Origin: Marsupella aquatica
Lineage: Eukaryota; Plantae; Marchantiophyta
DNA length: 64,000 nucleotides
Direction: 5' to 3'
Assembly (NCBI GenBank): GCA_973895155.1
Contig: OZ316894.1
Span: forward strand, 14,151,680 to 14,215,679
The translations under genes and the position numbers were made by a program. Position 1 is the first letter of the stretch, and each line of letters begins with the position of its first letter. The notes beneath the pieces are model-generated. The model was not told the origin of the DNA. It saw only the letters and a program-made list of their open reading frames with translations, and did not search any database. Shown here piece by piece: positions 36,201 through 49,400 of the stretch.

Positions 36201-39200
36201 ACTTAACCAATTCCGCTTACTTTATCAAAAGAAATCCATCAGGAATAAATCCTAAAACCGAGCCACCAGCTGCAAAAGGACTCACCCCAAAATTATTCAT
36301 GGCACTTCCGAAGAAAACCGGTGACAATTCTCCAGCATGGATCTTTCTCATATCTAGAGGAGGTGACAACTCCTCCAATAACTTGATCTCTTCCTGCAGG
36401 GTTGTGTAGTGTGCTACAACTGTCATGCGTGCTCTTCGACTATTGAGAAGGAATCCAAAACCGAGAAGCTTGAGGTAAAATATATTCTTCTGCTACACTG
36501 CGTTACCCATCTCCTTTGGGTGGTATTTCTTCTATTTGTAGGCTGGTTTTGCATTCATAAGTGATTTTTTAAGTTCCCAGGTTTGACTACACACCATGCA
36601 ATACAAGTCAAAAAAGAGAAAACATAAAATTTAGAGGCTAAGAGATCCATTCACCTGCAATTGTTCAAAGAGCTCGTCTGGAATTATCCTTTTGAGACAT
36701 GGATCACCCCATTGTATAACTTGGGTCGCAGAAGCAACGGTGCCATGTTTTTCTCCTTTTTCAAATAAGTGTACTTCATTCCGAGGTCTATGAAAAACTC
36801 CCATAAACCTATAGTGCAAACCAGATTCTTGTCAGACTACCTTTCGTACACCCATCAATTTTTTTGGTACGAACTGGAAATTAGTGTGTTTTGCATTATA
36901 CAGGTTTTGCTTTTGGACATGAAAAGCGTGAGTTGAGATATAGTCTGGACTATACTGTACAAAAGTGAACATCTCATTTCAGAATTACTGTTGACCAGAC
37001 TACATTATTTTAGACCTCATGTTTATCCAGTTCGAGCCAGACCGAAGGTTTTGGAAGGTGTAGCAGATTGGAAAAACTCACAAGACTTATCACTTAGTAG
37101 TTCAACACGTTGTGAGGTTCTTTCTGAACGATAACAAAAAGCTCTCACCTATCTCCAGATCCAATAGGCCAATTAACAGGATATGTCTCAAGCTGGAACT
37201 CCTTCTCAAGTTGATCGATGAGCTCCAAAGGTTCAAGTGCTGGGCGGTCCATCTTGTTCATGAAAGTGAAACAGGGAAGCTTCCTCATGCGACAAACCTG
37301 CTCTACAAAGTTACGACAATATTCAGCTGTTGTGTTTTGATTGTCATTATATGATTTGCGTCAGATTCATCTAAAGTAAAACCTTTAAGCAAAACCATAC
37401 CCAGATCAATTCCGGACATACCGTATAATTGTACCATTTGGTACCATATTCAATTAAGATGCATTGACCATGAACAAAACAAGGAGTACAAGAATGAATT
37501 TTCAAGTCTGCAGATCCTGGTCTCGAGACACCAAATAGCGAGTGGCAAGTTCGTCGTCCGGGAATTCAACAACTCAAAGGTAAGGCACTACAAGTTACAA
37601 TAGCAAGAGATAACTTAAAATGACACACGGTTCAAACAGAATTAATTATCTCTTTCGACTTCAGATGTTTTCGGTGCCGCCATAGCTGAGCTTAAAACAT
37701 TCAAAGTTTGTAGACAGCAATGCACTCTGCACTCGTAGCCATCGTTGTCACCTTCTTTTGTTTACTCTATTGTTTTTATCTTCTCTCTCGCAATTGTCTC
37801 CTACATTTTCTTGCATCTTGCCCTTCTCCATTGGTAATGGACCTATATATATATCCACGCTGTCCAGCACCAACTTGTGGATGGGACCCACAATCTACAA
37901 AGATTCAGACCGCAAGCCTCCCTTCTTAGAACCCTCCACAACATGACATCCATATTGACGCCCCACGATGTTAGCCACTCTACCATCATGATCGCTTTGA
38001 CTGGACGAAGATCAGCAGCAAACGATAATTTTCTGACTGTAAAATTCAAAATCCGCCCCTCTTACCTCTAGTTCTAGGCCTTGCTACATAATTTTCACTC
38101 TTGCTGCCAGAAAACTTGTCACTTCAAAATTCCAGGTAGCATATTCATCCCTCCCAATTATACACACTTCATGTAGCCATGATTTAATTGAAAATATATA
38201 ATTAAAGCTCAAAGAATTCAAAGACTCAGCAAGCCCCAACACAAGCGACGAGAAAATCGAGGCCGACAGCTAAATGGCTGAGATCTCACAAATCTTAAGT
38301 AAAGGAGCCCTGCCGAATTCTGCAGAATACCCACAAACAGGTTATTGCCTCTGGCGGTGACGACTTGGGTATCTGTTTTGAAAGCCCGTTCAATGAAAGC
38401 CGGAGCCACAAGGAAGGCACAACAGTCATGGCAAATGTACATGACGTTGCTGACATTAACAGTCCCATCAGTTGACTCTGAGACAGCGCTCGCGATGAAC
38501 GAAAATGCCAAACAATAATGTTCAAGTTGGTTAGAAAACACCAGACAATCAGCAGTCAATCTCCTCGACAGAGCTGTCCAAGAAGGGCTCTTGCAGACCA
38601 TGAATGCGGTCAACCAAATGGGCCGCAGCTAATCACTGCACCATACTGGTCGGCGAATTCAGGACAAATCTTTATGCTCAGCCCCGGCACTCACCTCAGT
38701 GGGCAGGGGGATAACTGCATCTGAGAGAAAAGGACATGAAGTAGAACAAAGGAGATGGACGGGTAGAGCGGAAAGATAGGGTTTGCCAACTTTGTGATAG
38801 CTCTATGTAGAGAATGAATATCATGTTTTCATTGCTTGCAAGATTTGTGAGGGTGTAAGAATGGTATCTCAGATCTTGGTGAAAGGTCTATATGCATTGT
38901 TTAGTCTGCTCCCTCAGCAACTTGGTAGATTTATCTTAGCAATTAATAAAGAACGGGGACAAGGTTTGGAACGTCTTTGAGAACTCTTTAGGTCCGCAGT
39001 TTGATAGAGGACATGTTGATCCTCTATTGACCAATAATCGTTTTGATTGCTCATTTCTTTGCAGTGTACTTTCTTTTCTGTTGCTCTATATCAGAGGCAG
39101 CTTTTGCACGGTACATCACATAATTCTCAAGAGCTTCGGTGAAAAAAGCACCAGGTCCAGGGCTAAAACATGTAAATCGACACCGTGAACCTGCTTCGGA

Positions 39201-42200
39201 GAAACTCCAAACCGTCTGATAGAGTATTTTGGGACGCATTGTAGGAATGGCTGAAAATGGTGGGGAGAGACTAATAAGAGTGTTCTTCCTCATTTTCCGT
39301 TCAAGACAAAAAGGAAATGCTCTTCCATATATCCTCATACTCCTAGTAATCCTTGAGTTTCCTGATGATGTGGTGCTAACTTTGTGAGGATATCTTGGTG
39401 ACTAGAGATGTCTACATGAGCTTATGGAGTTTACTGCCAAATTAGGGATGTCAGACAAAACGCAGAAAATCAAATAGCTCTATTTTACGAAAGGATCCAC
39501 CAGCAACTCATAAAGGAAAATTGGAGCTACGTCAGCAATAGATTGAGATTATCAAGCTACATGTACATTTGGTGAGAGTGTACTGGAACGACCGATGGAG
39601 ATGACGGCACTGCTAAACCGAAAACAGCGCGGACACGAGAAGTGTCCCTCTCATGGATACTGCAAAGAAACTGAACTTTGGCATTTCCAGGGAAAGTGCA
39701 AATCTTCCACAGCGGCAATTTGAGTATGAGATGGGCTCCTGTCAAAGCTCAATGGCAAACTATCTTGAAGGACCCTGGCAAGCTCTCCTTGAAAACCTGC
39801 CTTTGAGACAGGACAATTACCACACATCGGATACATCTCACTGACTTCAGAAAGTTCCTGCCCTAATCCTCTCAATGAAATTTCGCATCCCTGTCTTCCA
39901 GTACACGAAAAAGGTCTGCAAACAACGAACGTCTGGACCTACTTTGATGGCCTAATAGTATACAAGCCCGAAAAATTCCACATGTTGATACTTTCAAGGT
40001 GAGAAATGGTTGAAGAGGCAGGGCATGTTAATGAACACGCTCAAAAGCAACAATTGTTAGAAAAATTCAATGGAAAATAAAACGGTAATGTAGTATAAGC
40101 TCCAGGAACATCAAATTCAAGGGAGCGGCAACGAAAGCGTAGGTACAATGCGTTGGAATGAGCAATCCATGAAACATTGCTCATTTGAGGATCATTATGT
40201 CCTCTATCAAATCTAGGTACAGGGACTGAACTCCAACTCAAAATCGTACAGAAGTATGGAGTATCACAGGATCAGAGGGAACAGGTGGAGAAGGTACATT
40301 ATTCAATGTACTGACCTACTGTTTCTCATCGTAGAATAACAAAAATGTATCTACGATGATTTGCCTTACCAGAAAGGTTTCAGAACTCAGATCCAGCCCT
40401 TTTGTTTTCGTGGAAGCTAGAGTCGGGGAGAATGGGTCTCTCAGTAGCCACACTTTGTTTAGGGCAATGCTTACGCAAGCGCTCTGATCTCAGGATGCTC
40501 TTCCATTTTTGGTGTCAATCGCTGTGTTAGTCACATCTGAACGGCTCAAGCATGGCTAGCGGCGCAGGACATTGATGCTGAGAAATAGGCAAACGTTTCG
40601 AGCCGAGACAAAGATCAAAGACTTTGATCTGCAAACTAACTAACTAGTCGTTGTATTTCCTGCCCATATTCGTGATGTTTGACTTCGAGAGAAAAAGCGC
40701 AACAACCTCTTTAGGACTAAACGGCAATGCACATCCTTCTCCTCAAGCTCGTGGGTTCCAAGCCTTTCGCATAGATTTCTATGACAAAGTATTTAAGGAC
40801 AAATTCTTATACACACGCAGTGGAGTTAAAGATGCCGGTTGGTGCACGATTATATCTCTTATCGGTTGGGAGGTGAAGACACCTTGACCTTCCACATTTC
40901 AAGAACTGCCTAGTTGCAGGCACTTATTCATACTCCCATAAAACAAATAAAAAGGCGTTTGAAATGTCAACTTGACCACGTCTAAAATTCCATTGGGAGG
41001 ACATTAAATTAAAGCCAGAGTTTTAGTTGACCTCAAACAGCTTCCTTGTCTGCGGCTCCAAACCTTTGCCTCCATCCACGAGGATGACTGCATTGTCAGC
41101 AGCAGCTAATGTCCTGCTTTTTAAAGTTGTCAACAAAGCAATGCCCACCAAATATGACCATGACCATTTATTCTCATGCACGAAAGAAATCCTTGACAAA
41201 ATAGTAAATTTGTGGGCTGTATCTACCGACCTCGGAAACTGGCATACAAAATTCTCTTTCCAGGACGTGGTACAGATCTTATTGCTTACCGGAAAGTATC
41301 CTCCCCAAAATCCTGCCACATAAGAGTTTGATTCGCGATTTCAAAAGCAAGTTCCCATACAATCTCATTAAAGTTGAGTTGCCAATCTTGAAAATCTATC
41401 TTCACAGGACATTAAACTAAGTAACCTTGCGTTAGAAAGCATCGACCCAAAAACGATATTGGACATTTCACATCCATGTAGTCCGTGACAATTTCTAACC
41501 TCCCTTAGGTAATTAGTACATCGGAGGCATAAATCGCCTAACGCAAAACAAGAAAAACTACGCGAATCTCAGTTCTCGTCCTCTGATACGTGGAAGAAAG
41601 ATATCGTTTAAAACTGTTACCTGATGCCCAGGGGTGTCCAGAAGGTTTATCTGCAAACCTCTTGTCTCGAAGACAAGAGCAGTGGATGTGATGGAAATTC
41701 CTGCCGAAGACACAAAGAATTCACCAGACGTCAACCGGCTTCAGCCAAAATTCCACCGACCCTCCTTCACCCATGCATTAGATGGTATTGGGCATTGACT
41801 ATAGTCAACAGATGCAAGTGAACAGGTAAATTTCGGAGTCCAAAAAGAGGACCTGACGGAGCCCAGGAACAGAGGATTTGCATATGTCAGATAGCCAGCA
41901 ACTGTCTCCAACGGGACTACCGAGAAGGACACAACGTGGAAACTTAGAGCAGTACTTCGCACGAACCAGTGAACCACAGGATCACATTACAATGACCGCT
42001 CTACCTGGGCACCCAGAATTTAGAACATTGACGATGACAGCCCCGCTATACCCGTAGATAAGTAAGCCAATCGTTTACATGCCTAAATAAATTAGAGGAT
42101 TAAATACTCAGTATTGAGGGGCCGGTACCTCTTTGCTTCTCTAACTCCATCCAGTCAGAAGTTGCATGCCGTGAAGCTCTCCGAGCTTTCACAGCGCCTG

Positions 42201-43271
42201 CTTCATGAATAGCTCCTCCAAAGAGCAGCAGCTTTTCTGTCTACAGAAGAACAGGATGAGGATTTCAGAAGTTACAGGTGAATCGAAGAATTAACAATCC
42301 AGGAAACTGAGGACGCTTCATTTAGATAATAACAAGATGGACCGTAATGCATCGACCGTAAAGGATCACCACCGCGGCGGCTTGCCACCCACAAGTCCAA
42401 GTCCAAGTCCAAGTCCGGGAAATCCCTTCGTTATCAACAAATTCCAAGTAGACGGGATCTGCTTTAAATAACCCTAGCTATCACTTGGATACTTGCCAGG
42501 GTTTTCCCATTCGTAAAATGCTGCAAAGTCGTCTACATCGAGGGGAACAATCCCCGTTTCAAACAAGCAAACTTTGTTATGATGCTTCAATGGCGAAACC
42601 ACTTGACAAGGCGGGACGGGGTTTCCAAGACTTCACGATTCGTTACACGCACAACTGCCCTAAATGCCTTTCCAGGGACCTACTAGAGTCGTTTTCCCCG
42701 CATCGGGATGCGAAATGATTGCAAAATTCCTTCTCCGAGCAACCTCCGTCGAAATAAGCTGGGGTGAGACTGGGCTCGAACCCTCCTGGCCGGAATATTT
42801 CAAGCCATTGCAGGCTGACTCGAAATTCTCATCGAGAACTTCCGTCCCGCCCAGTAACACAGAGGTGGGTCTTGCGCCTCTAATTCGTTCATTTTCCTCG
42901 ATACTACGAGCAAGCGGACCTGCTCCATTTCCATCAGCTTCGATTCTTAGAAGCTCGTCTTCGTCCGCTACCGGTGACTCCCCCGCAGCAGGAAGTTTAA
43001 GCTTGGCTACTGCCCTTCCTCTTCTTAACAGACCATTATACGGAGGGATTCTGAATTTCAGAGTTAGAAAAGATAGGATTGTCCACCTCGTCGTGAGACT
43101 TCCGACTTTGAAGTTGCTCTCACTTCCGACTTTAAGTTTGCTTTCACGCAAATAATCATAAGAGCCGAACCCACCTGAGCCCAGCTTACAAGAACTTATG
43201 GGCAAATCAGGCACCAGGAGAGTAGTCGGGAGAAGAGCCGAAGGCACTCGACAGCAAAGTAGAGAAGCCAT
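33246..43271 (-). CDS. prfC: Bacterial-type peptide chain release factor 3 (GTPase), probably organelle-targeted; 16 exons, ~706 aa
   Basis: Exons (minus strand): 43271-42684, 42240-42129, 41700-41621, 41312-41290, 41113-41032, 37297-37149, 36808-36655, 36393-36286, 36073-35960, 35747-35687, 35430-35308, 34795-34608, 34299-34231, 33990-33844, 33578-33525, 33314-33246. All introns GT-AG and phases consistent. RF3 signatures [90 protein letters not shown]-terminal extension of ~175 aa. Alternative upstream ATG at 43346. Confidence 0.93.
38724..39050 (+). mobile_element. 5'-truncated LINE 3' end (CCHC finger) inside prfC intron 5
   Basis: Frameshifted translation '...[12 protein letters not shown]...[11 protein letters not shown]' is the C-terminal CCHC motif of non-LTR retrotransposon ORF2. 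Confidence 0.55.
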
Positions 43272-43425
43272 CGCTAATGGAGTAATGGCGATGCTGGATC
43301 GCTCTCTGCGACACACATACAGTGCAGTAATGTTTAGTGATCGCATGACCTCTTGTCCTTTCGGTAATTCGGTGCATGATGACCGATGATGAGGTCGGAC
43401 AAGAAATAATTAATTTTAAAAGTTT

Positions 43426-43544
43426 TGGGCCTGAAAAAAGTCTAAGCCGAAATAGACTGCCACCTTGTTTCTAGTACCTCCCATGGGCCTGAAAAAAGTC
43501 TAAGCCGAAATAGACTGCCACCTTGTTTCTAGTACCTCCCATGG
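43426..43544 (+). repeat. Exact 58-bp tandem duplication upstream of prfC
   Basis: tgggcctgaaaaaagtctaagccgaaatagactgccaccttgtttctagtacctccca occurs at 43426 and 43484. Confidence 0.9.
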
Positions 43545-45782
43545 ACTCTGACAGGCAGATAAGAGTTTACACCCAGTGACTCCATAGAAACTACTGTAGC
43601 TAAATGAAATTGTTTTCCACTGAAAAACTATACGAAAAGTTGGATGGATCAATTTTGGCTCGAACTTTTCCTGGCTCAAAAACAACGAGTAATTATAAAT
43701 CCATTGCACACATACAAGCAATATACACAGCACTACGGCCCACACAAAATGGGGCAACGGACAAAGGGGGGGGGGGGGGGAGGAGAGGGGGGGGACTTTT
43801 GGATGGAACTTGGAGCTAAATCATAAGAAGGAGAGAATCAAAGCCCAACAATTTCATCCACGCTAGGATGATAAGCCAAGCAGGGATTGGATTTTTGCTG
43901 GCTTGAATGTATTTCTCATGCAGTGCATTCCCTTGCATAGTACCTTAGACTTACAAATTGATGGCAGTAAAACTTCATAGATGTCAGATTTAAAGTTTCT
44001 GTGATTAGCAGGAACTATGATCACAACGAATTTTGATTAAATAGCACATTCAATTCTTCCTGATTTTACCTTACTATGGTGTGCTACAAAGCCCTTGGAA
44101 ATACGCATCTGCTAAAACAAAAATAGCTGATTTTGATCGAGAATTGATTCAATAATATCAAAACCTACAATTTCCTATCATGAGGCACATTTCAATAATT
44201 CATGGTCTCCAATACAGGATTCCACAAAGTGGTATCTTAGGTGAGTCTACCATTATATTCACTTAAACTCAGGGTGAGTTAACCGGGGAGTTAACATTTG
44301 AACCAAGCTTCAACCACTCACATTTAGAGGACAGGCTCAGACTGGAAGGCCTACCGGAGGTGCTTCATCCTAAGTCCCCAAGAGTTTCAGACAAGACAAC
44401 TTCCTGATCAAGAAAGCTTCAATTTGTTAGGAGCTCTTTGTTAACTCACTCTCAATTTCTTAACTTAGCTGTATAAGGAGTGATTTTGCTGGTACCCGTC
44501 TTCCTCCTAGTCCATTTGCAAATAACTTCAATAACTAAGAGGAATCTGACAGTGAGTTCATGACACCCAGAAACTCCTCATCGCCAAAGTTACCTTTGGT
44601 TCTTAGTAATATCAAAACTAACTTAAATCAAATGACAGAGAATTTCAGAAATTTATGGTCTGCATATTATTTAGCAGAATATGAAATACTTCCCTCAGTA
44701 TATGCTCTTGCTAAGACATTCTTATTATTCTTTGCTCCAAAGATTCTGACATACTTGACAAAATCTGGCAGTTCAAAATCTGGCATTTGTTAAACGCATG
44801 ATTGGAATGCTTTCTTTGCCCCAAATACTAAACAATTTCATACAATAAATTTTTCATTCAAGATGAAGAACAAATTCAAAATTGTTTCTTGCCAATGACA
44901 TAGCTAGATTTTCAAGTTATCAAAGAGAATTCAGAAATTTGTAATCTCCTTAATACTAGATATTCTGGCAATATTAGATTCTTTGCAATGTTCCTCCTAA
45001 ATCGCTTCAAGCCATTCCATGTGCAGAATTTTTGATGAAGAAGTGAGCTAGGGATTTGGATCCATTTCTAGCTTGTTGTTAACACAGTCACACATTGCAG
45101 GTTGTAAGCATGTAACGGTTGAATAAAGCACAACTCACCAGCTAGATAAATGGACATGGACATAAACTTAAAGTTTATTTGTCTGCTGTTGAGTTACTGG
45201 TCAATCAAATCAAGCAGCTTTTAAGTACTTTGTCACTAAAGATGTGAATCCACCTTTCAGATTTTGTCTTATTCATATTTCATGTCCAGTATTTTGATTT
45301 CAATGTGCCTTAACAAGGTGAATCCTTTGTATTAATTTGATTTTGAATTAACTGTACGACCCCTTTTAATTTTAGTGAACTTAGAGTATTTTGAATGTAT
45401 TTGGCTCCCCTCAAATGTTTAATCTTTCATTTTCAATCACTCCTTAGTGAATTTTATTTTTCTCATGAGAGTGAGAGAAATGTATTTGAACAATGTGTAC
45501 ATTGGTGTACTAAGTTCCCTTCTTGGTTTCCTTTACAAAATTTATGGTTTTAATTGAGTTGATTGTCATTAACTAGAACCAAGTGAAAATCTGTAGTGCA
45601 TGTGCACAACTCTTTAGTAGGTACTTTGCACTTTCTTGGTAATAATGTGTTTTCTTTGCATGTGTACTTATGGTTTTGTGTGTTATGTCATTCACTCTTA
45701 ATTAGCAGATATTAATTTCATAACATACACTTTACATGTACCTACTTCCTTTATCATGAAACAAATTAAATGAATTACATAT

Positions 45783-46140
45783 CACTACAAGACAAAAAAA
45801 GAGGCATGTTCCAGGATGAACATGCTATATCAAACATCACTAAAGATGTTTCGTCACTTGCCTATCCAACGATTAATACGTGCAAACCGTACTTTTCTTC
45901 GTTTAAACCGTTGGTATCGTATTATGGGGTCGTGAAGGAACGTTATTTGGAGGATTTTCACACCTAAGGATGAGTATGTTTGATTTTGCTCCCGGAAATG
46001 TACTTTTTGATCAAGTCTACCGACTGGTCTCTCCGTTTTTGATCAAGTCCAAGGGACTGGCCCCACCATCTACAACTCATGCCCACCGGGTGAGTGCTCT
46101 CACCACCCCCCTCTCATGGGCAAGCTTACAAACGTTTACA
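45783..46140 (+). mobile_element. Probable CACTA transposon left terminus
   Basis: CACTACAAGA start, then an abrupt switch from AT-rich to CpG-containing subterminal sequence. No matching right end found. Confidence 0.45.
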
Positions 46141-46449
46141 ATAAGATTTGAACACTAATGACAAGGGCAAATGTTTCCACAACGAAACCGACCACATGCA
46201 CTAGGGGAGGAAAACAAACAACACAAGCAACAACAAGTGACACACAAAATATTGGAACCTCAAGCCAAATCCATATCTCTTGGTGTTTCCCGTAACACAT
46301 GCAAGTACAACCCGGCCTCCTGCCGTCTGCCCAACTCCTGCCTCCCGGGGACAAGTGCTACGTTCTCCACCTCACTACTTTGGCTTGAACTTCTCCTAAT
46401 CGGTGCGCTACTCACAAAAGCTACTCAAAAGCATCAAAGCACATGAACC

Positions 46450-49400
46450 AGTCAGAGGAGAAGGTTGTGACCCTTGGATTTGGCAAACTAAGAGTCTCCT
46501 GGAAGAAGTGTTGCTAGTACATCTGGTGGGCTACATCAATTGGGGAGTGTGCTAGGCCAGGGAGGGCACAACCCAATGCTCCCGATGGTGCTGTTGCTGG
46601 TGGCAAAGGAGCAATAGCACCCCAATGTCCCTTTCAACCTTCTTATGCCACTCAAGTGGAGTGTTGAATTGGAGCTGTAAGAGACCTCATAACCAACGTG
46701 ACTGCCTTGAGAGTAAGGGTCTACCATGTGTAGAGCAGGGAGGAGATACCCCTAGATAGCCTGATCTTAGGTGTTGTGACCATTGCCATAGAAATGGGCA
46801 TACTATTGAGAGATGTTTTGAGCTGCATCCAAAAATGCGATCTGATGCTGCGCGTAGGGAAGTTGCTCCTAGAGGTTGTGGAGGCCCCCGCCCTGGTCAT
46901 GGAGGTGATAGGGTAGTCCCAGTAGCCATTGCATAGACCATCAATCTAGCAGCAGCCAATTTAGCATTGCGGGCCCCTAGCAAAAGTGAGGCCTCTAGTT
47001 CTCGCACCATGGATAGTTCATAGATTGCTCTTGGCTTCAGCAACTTGGATTATATGTGCGGTGTTGCACAGTTAGATAGTGATGCAGCTATCACCAAAGC
47101 AGTGGCTAAGGCTGCTGAGCCACAAGGTGCTGCCATGGAGTTGGATCCAAAACAAGGGGAGGCCAGCCAACAACAGCAATTACCACATAGTTTTACATTG
47201 ATGGATGTTGCCTGGACTTCTACTATGGCATCAGTTGCTGACAAAAATGGACCTTCTATCCTCTCTCGTGATCACATAGGGCCACATAGCATTGATCCTG
47301 ACATGGTAACTAGCCCAGTGTTGGGGGCGGCTAGAGCCTTGTCAAGTTCCATTATTTTCTTGTGCTCAATTATCTTCCCTTGGAGTTCCTGTTGCAGATG
47401 TGTTGTGCTAGGCAGCTGCATTGTATGATATTGGAGCAATTTTGGCATCTAGCTGTGACACAACTGGTCCATAGGTTGGCCTAGATGGTTTCAAGTCCCG
47501 CCATTCTTTGATGAGAGATGCTGAGACTTCTTGGTAGGCTTTTGCTGCTTGATTGAGTGAGGTCCCTACTAGACCAGCCATTGATTGGAGTGTTGTGACT
47601 CCTGGTGTGGTTGTGGTGGACAACCGTGCTGGTGTTTTTACATTGGTTGGCCCTAGTGGCACGGTGTATGTGCCACCTTGTGTATTGTTGGATTTAGGTG
47701 CACAACCTCTCATGCTAGGGAAAGCAGCTATCCAAGGATTGGGCCTGAAGAAGGCTAAGGTGGAGCCTTTCCCATTTCAGATTCATACATCTCTTGGTGT
47801 ACAAGAGAAGGCGCAACACATGATGCAGGACAATCTCACTGTGAGGTTAAATCCCCACCGTATTGGAGATGATTTTGCCTTGAAGGTGAGAGCCGTTGTC
47901 ACACCTGCAGAGTCTTATGATGTTTTGGTAGGGGGAGTCGTACTCTACCTATGGGCTTTGTGTTGGATTACTAGCAAGAGACTATTCACTATCGACCAGG
48001 ATGGCAGTCTGGTGATGGTAGGAAGTGTGAGCTGCCACTACACTACTTCTTGCGTCGGACTGAGCCGTCACCAGAGAAGGTGATTAGTTTGTGAGCTTGT
48101 GCTTGAGCTATCACCTGGCCAAGTGATCTCTTGGAGGGTAATGCCCACGCTACAGACATCCCTATAGTAGAGGAGTTGCCAAGCTCCTCAGGTAACCACA
48201 ACATTCCCGTTGTACCACAGGTATGGGGTTCCACTCCTGAGTTACAGCAGCATGCAGATTTGTATGTACAGGCAACTTGGAGTGAACCATTTGCCCCTTT
48301 AGAGGAGCCACATGTGGTGGATGGCATTCCCAGTTTGATTACTATGTCCCTATTGGACACCACTCCCATTTTGTGGACATACCGTGCTGAGGGTATTTGC
48401 TTGTTGGAGTTGTTTGGAGGCATGAGCACTGGTTTAGTTGTTGTTTTACATGCTGGTATTAGAGTGCAATAGTATCTCTATGTGGAGCAAGATGACACAA
48501 CACGACGTGTCTCACTTCATCATGTTGCTCAGTTGCATCAGTAGTTCCCTGATTTGTTGCCCTTGCCAGCTATCAGAGGTTATGAGAATGCTTTGCCAAC
48601 TGACATCTCACTTTTGGGGGCGTTAGATTTAGTACACGTAGGTGAGATTCACCTTGTGATTGTTGGTTGGCCATGTCGGGGACATTCCTCTACTTGGACA
48701 GGATCTGGTCTCAAGACCATCATTCTCACATATTTTGGGCAATGCTGCGTGTGATGAGGTTTTTACAGGAGAAGCAACATATCTCTCCAACCTATATATA
48801 GGAGAATGTCCCCTTGTTGGGTGATACTAGGTCACATATGGTGGCTAGTATGCACCAAGTGAGGTCCTTGTTAGGACCTGCTGTCTTTTTAGATGCTGCT
48901 AGTGTCAGATCGATAGCACATCATCCACAATTATGGTGGACCAATTTGAATGCCACCTGAGGTTTTGCGGAGGGCATATCAGCACATTGTGCGGCCTGTT
49001 GGGCTCACCGTGGACCGCATTTTGGATGCTAGACGACATGCACAATTAGTGCGCCACGATGATCGCTCCCCATTAGCAGTGGTGAACCGGGTTGGTCAGC
49101 CACTGCAACACTACCCACTTTGGTGAGTTTCCTCTCATTGTATGCTTATCGTAACGGTGGATATGGGTTAATTTGGAATTCCCAGGACATCTTGCTGATA
49201 GAACCTATTGCTGATGAGCGTGAGCGTGCTACGGGATTCCAGACTTGCCCCACAACAGTACCCTTAGTGACTGAAGCAGCACGCCGTCACATTCTAGGTC
49301 ATGCTATGGATCTTAATTGTTTGACTTGGATTGTGAGCTTAGCCTTGGCAGAGTAGCGCCAGTTACAATCTTCTGTGACACATCCACATGGATGCTCTTC

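Noticed and set aside
37298-41031. Short ORFs in the 3.7-kb prfC intron as nested genes
   Set aside because: No recognisable domains; lengths are compatible with chance.
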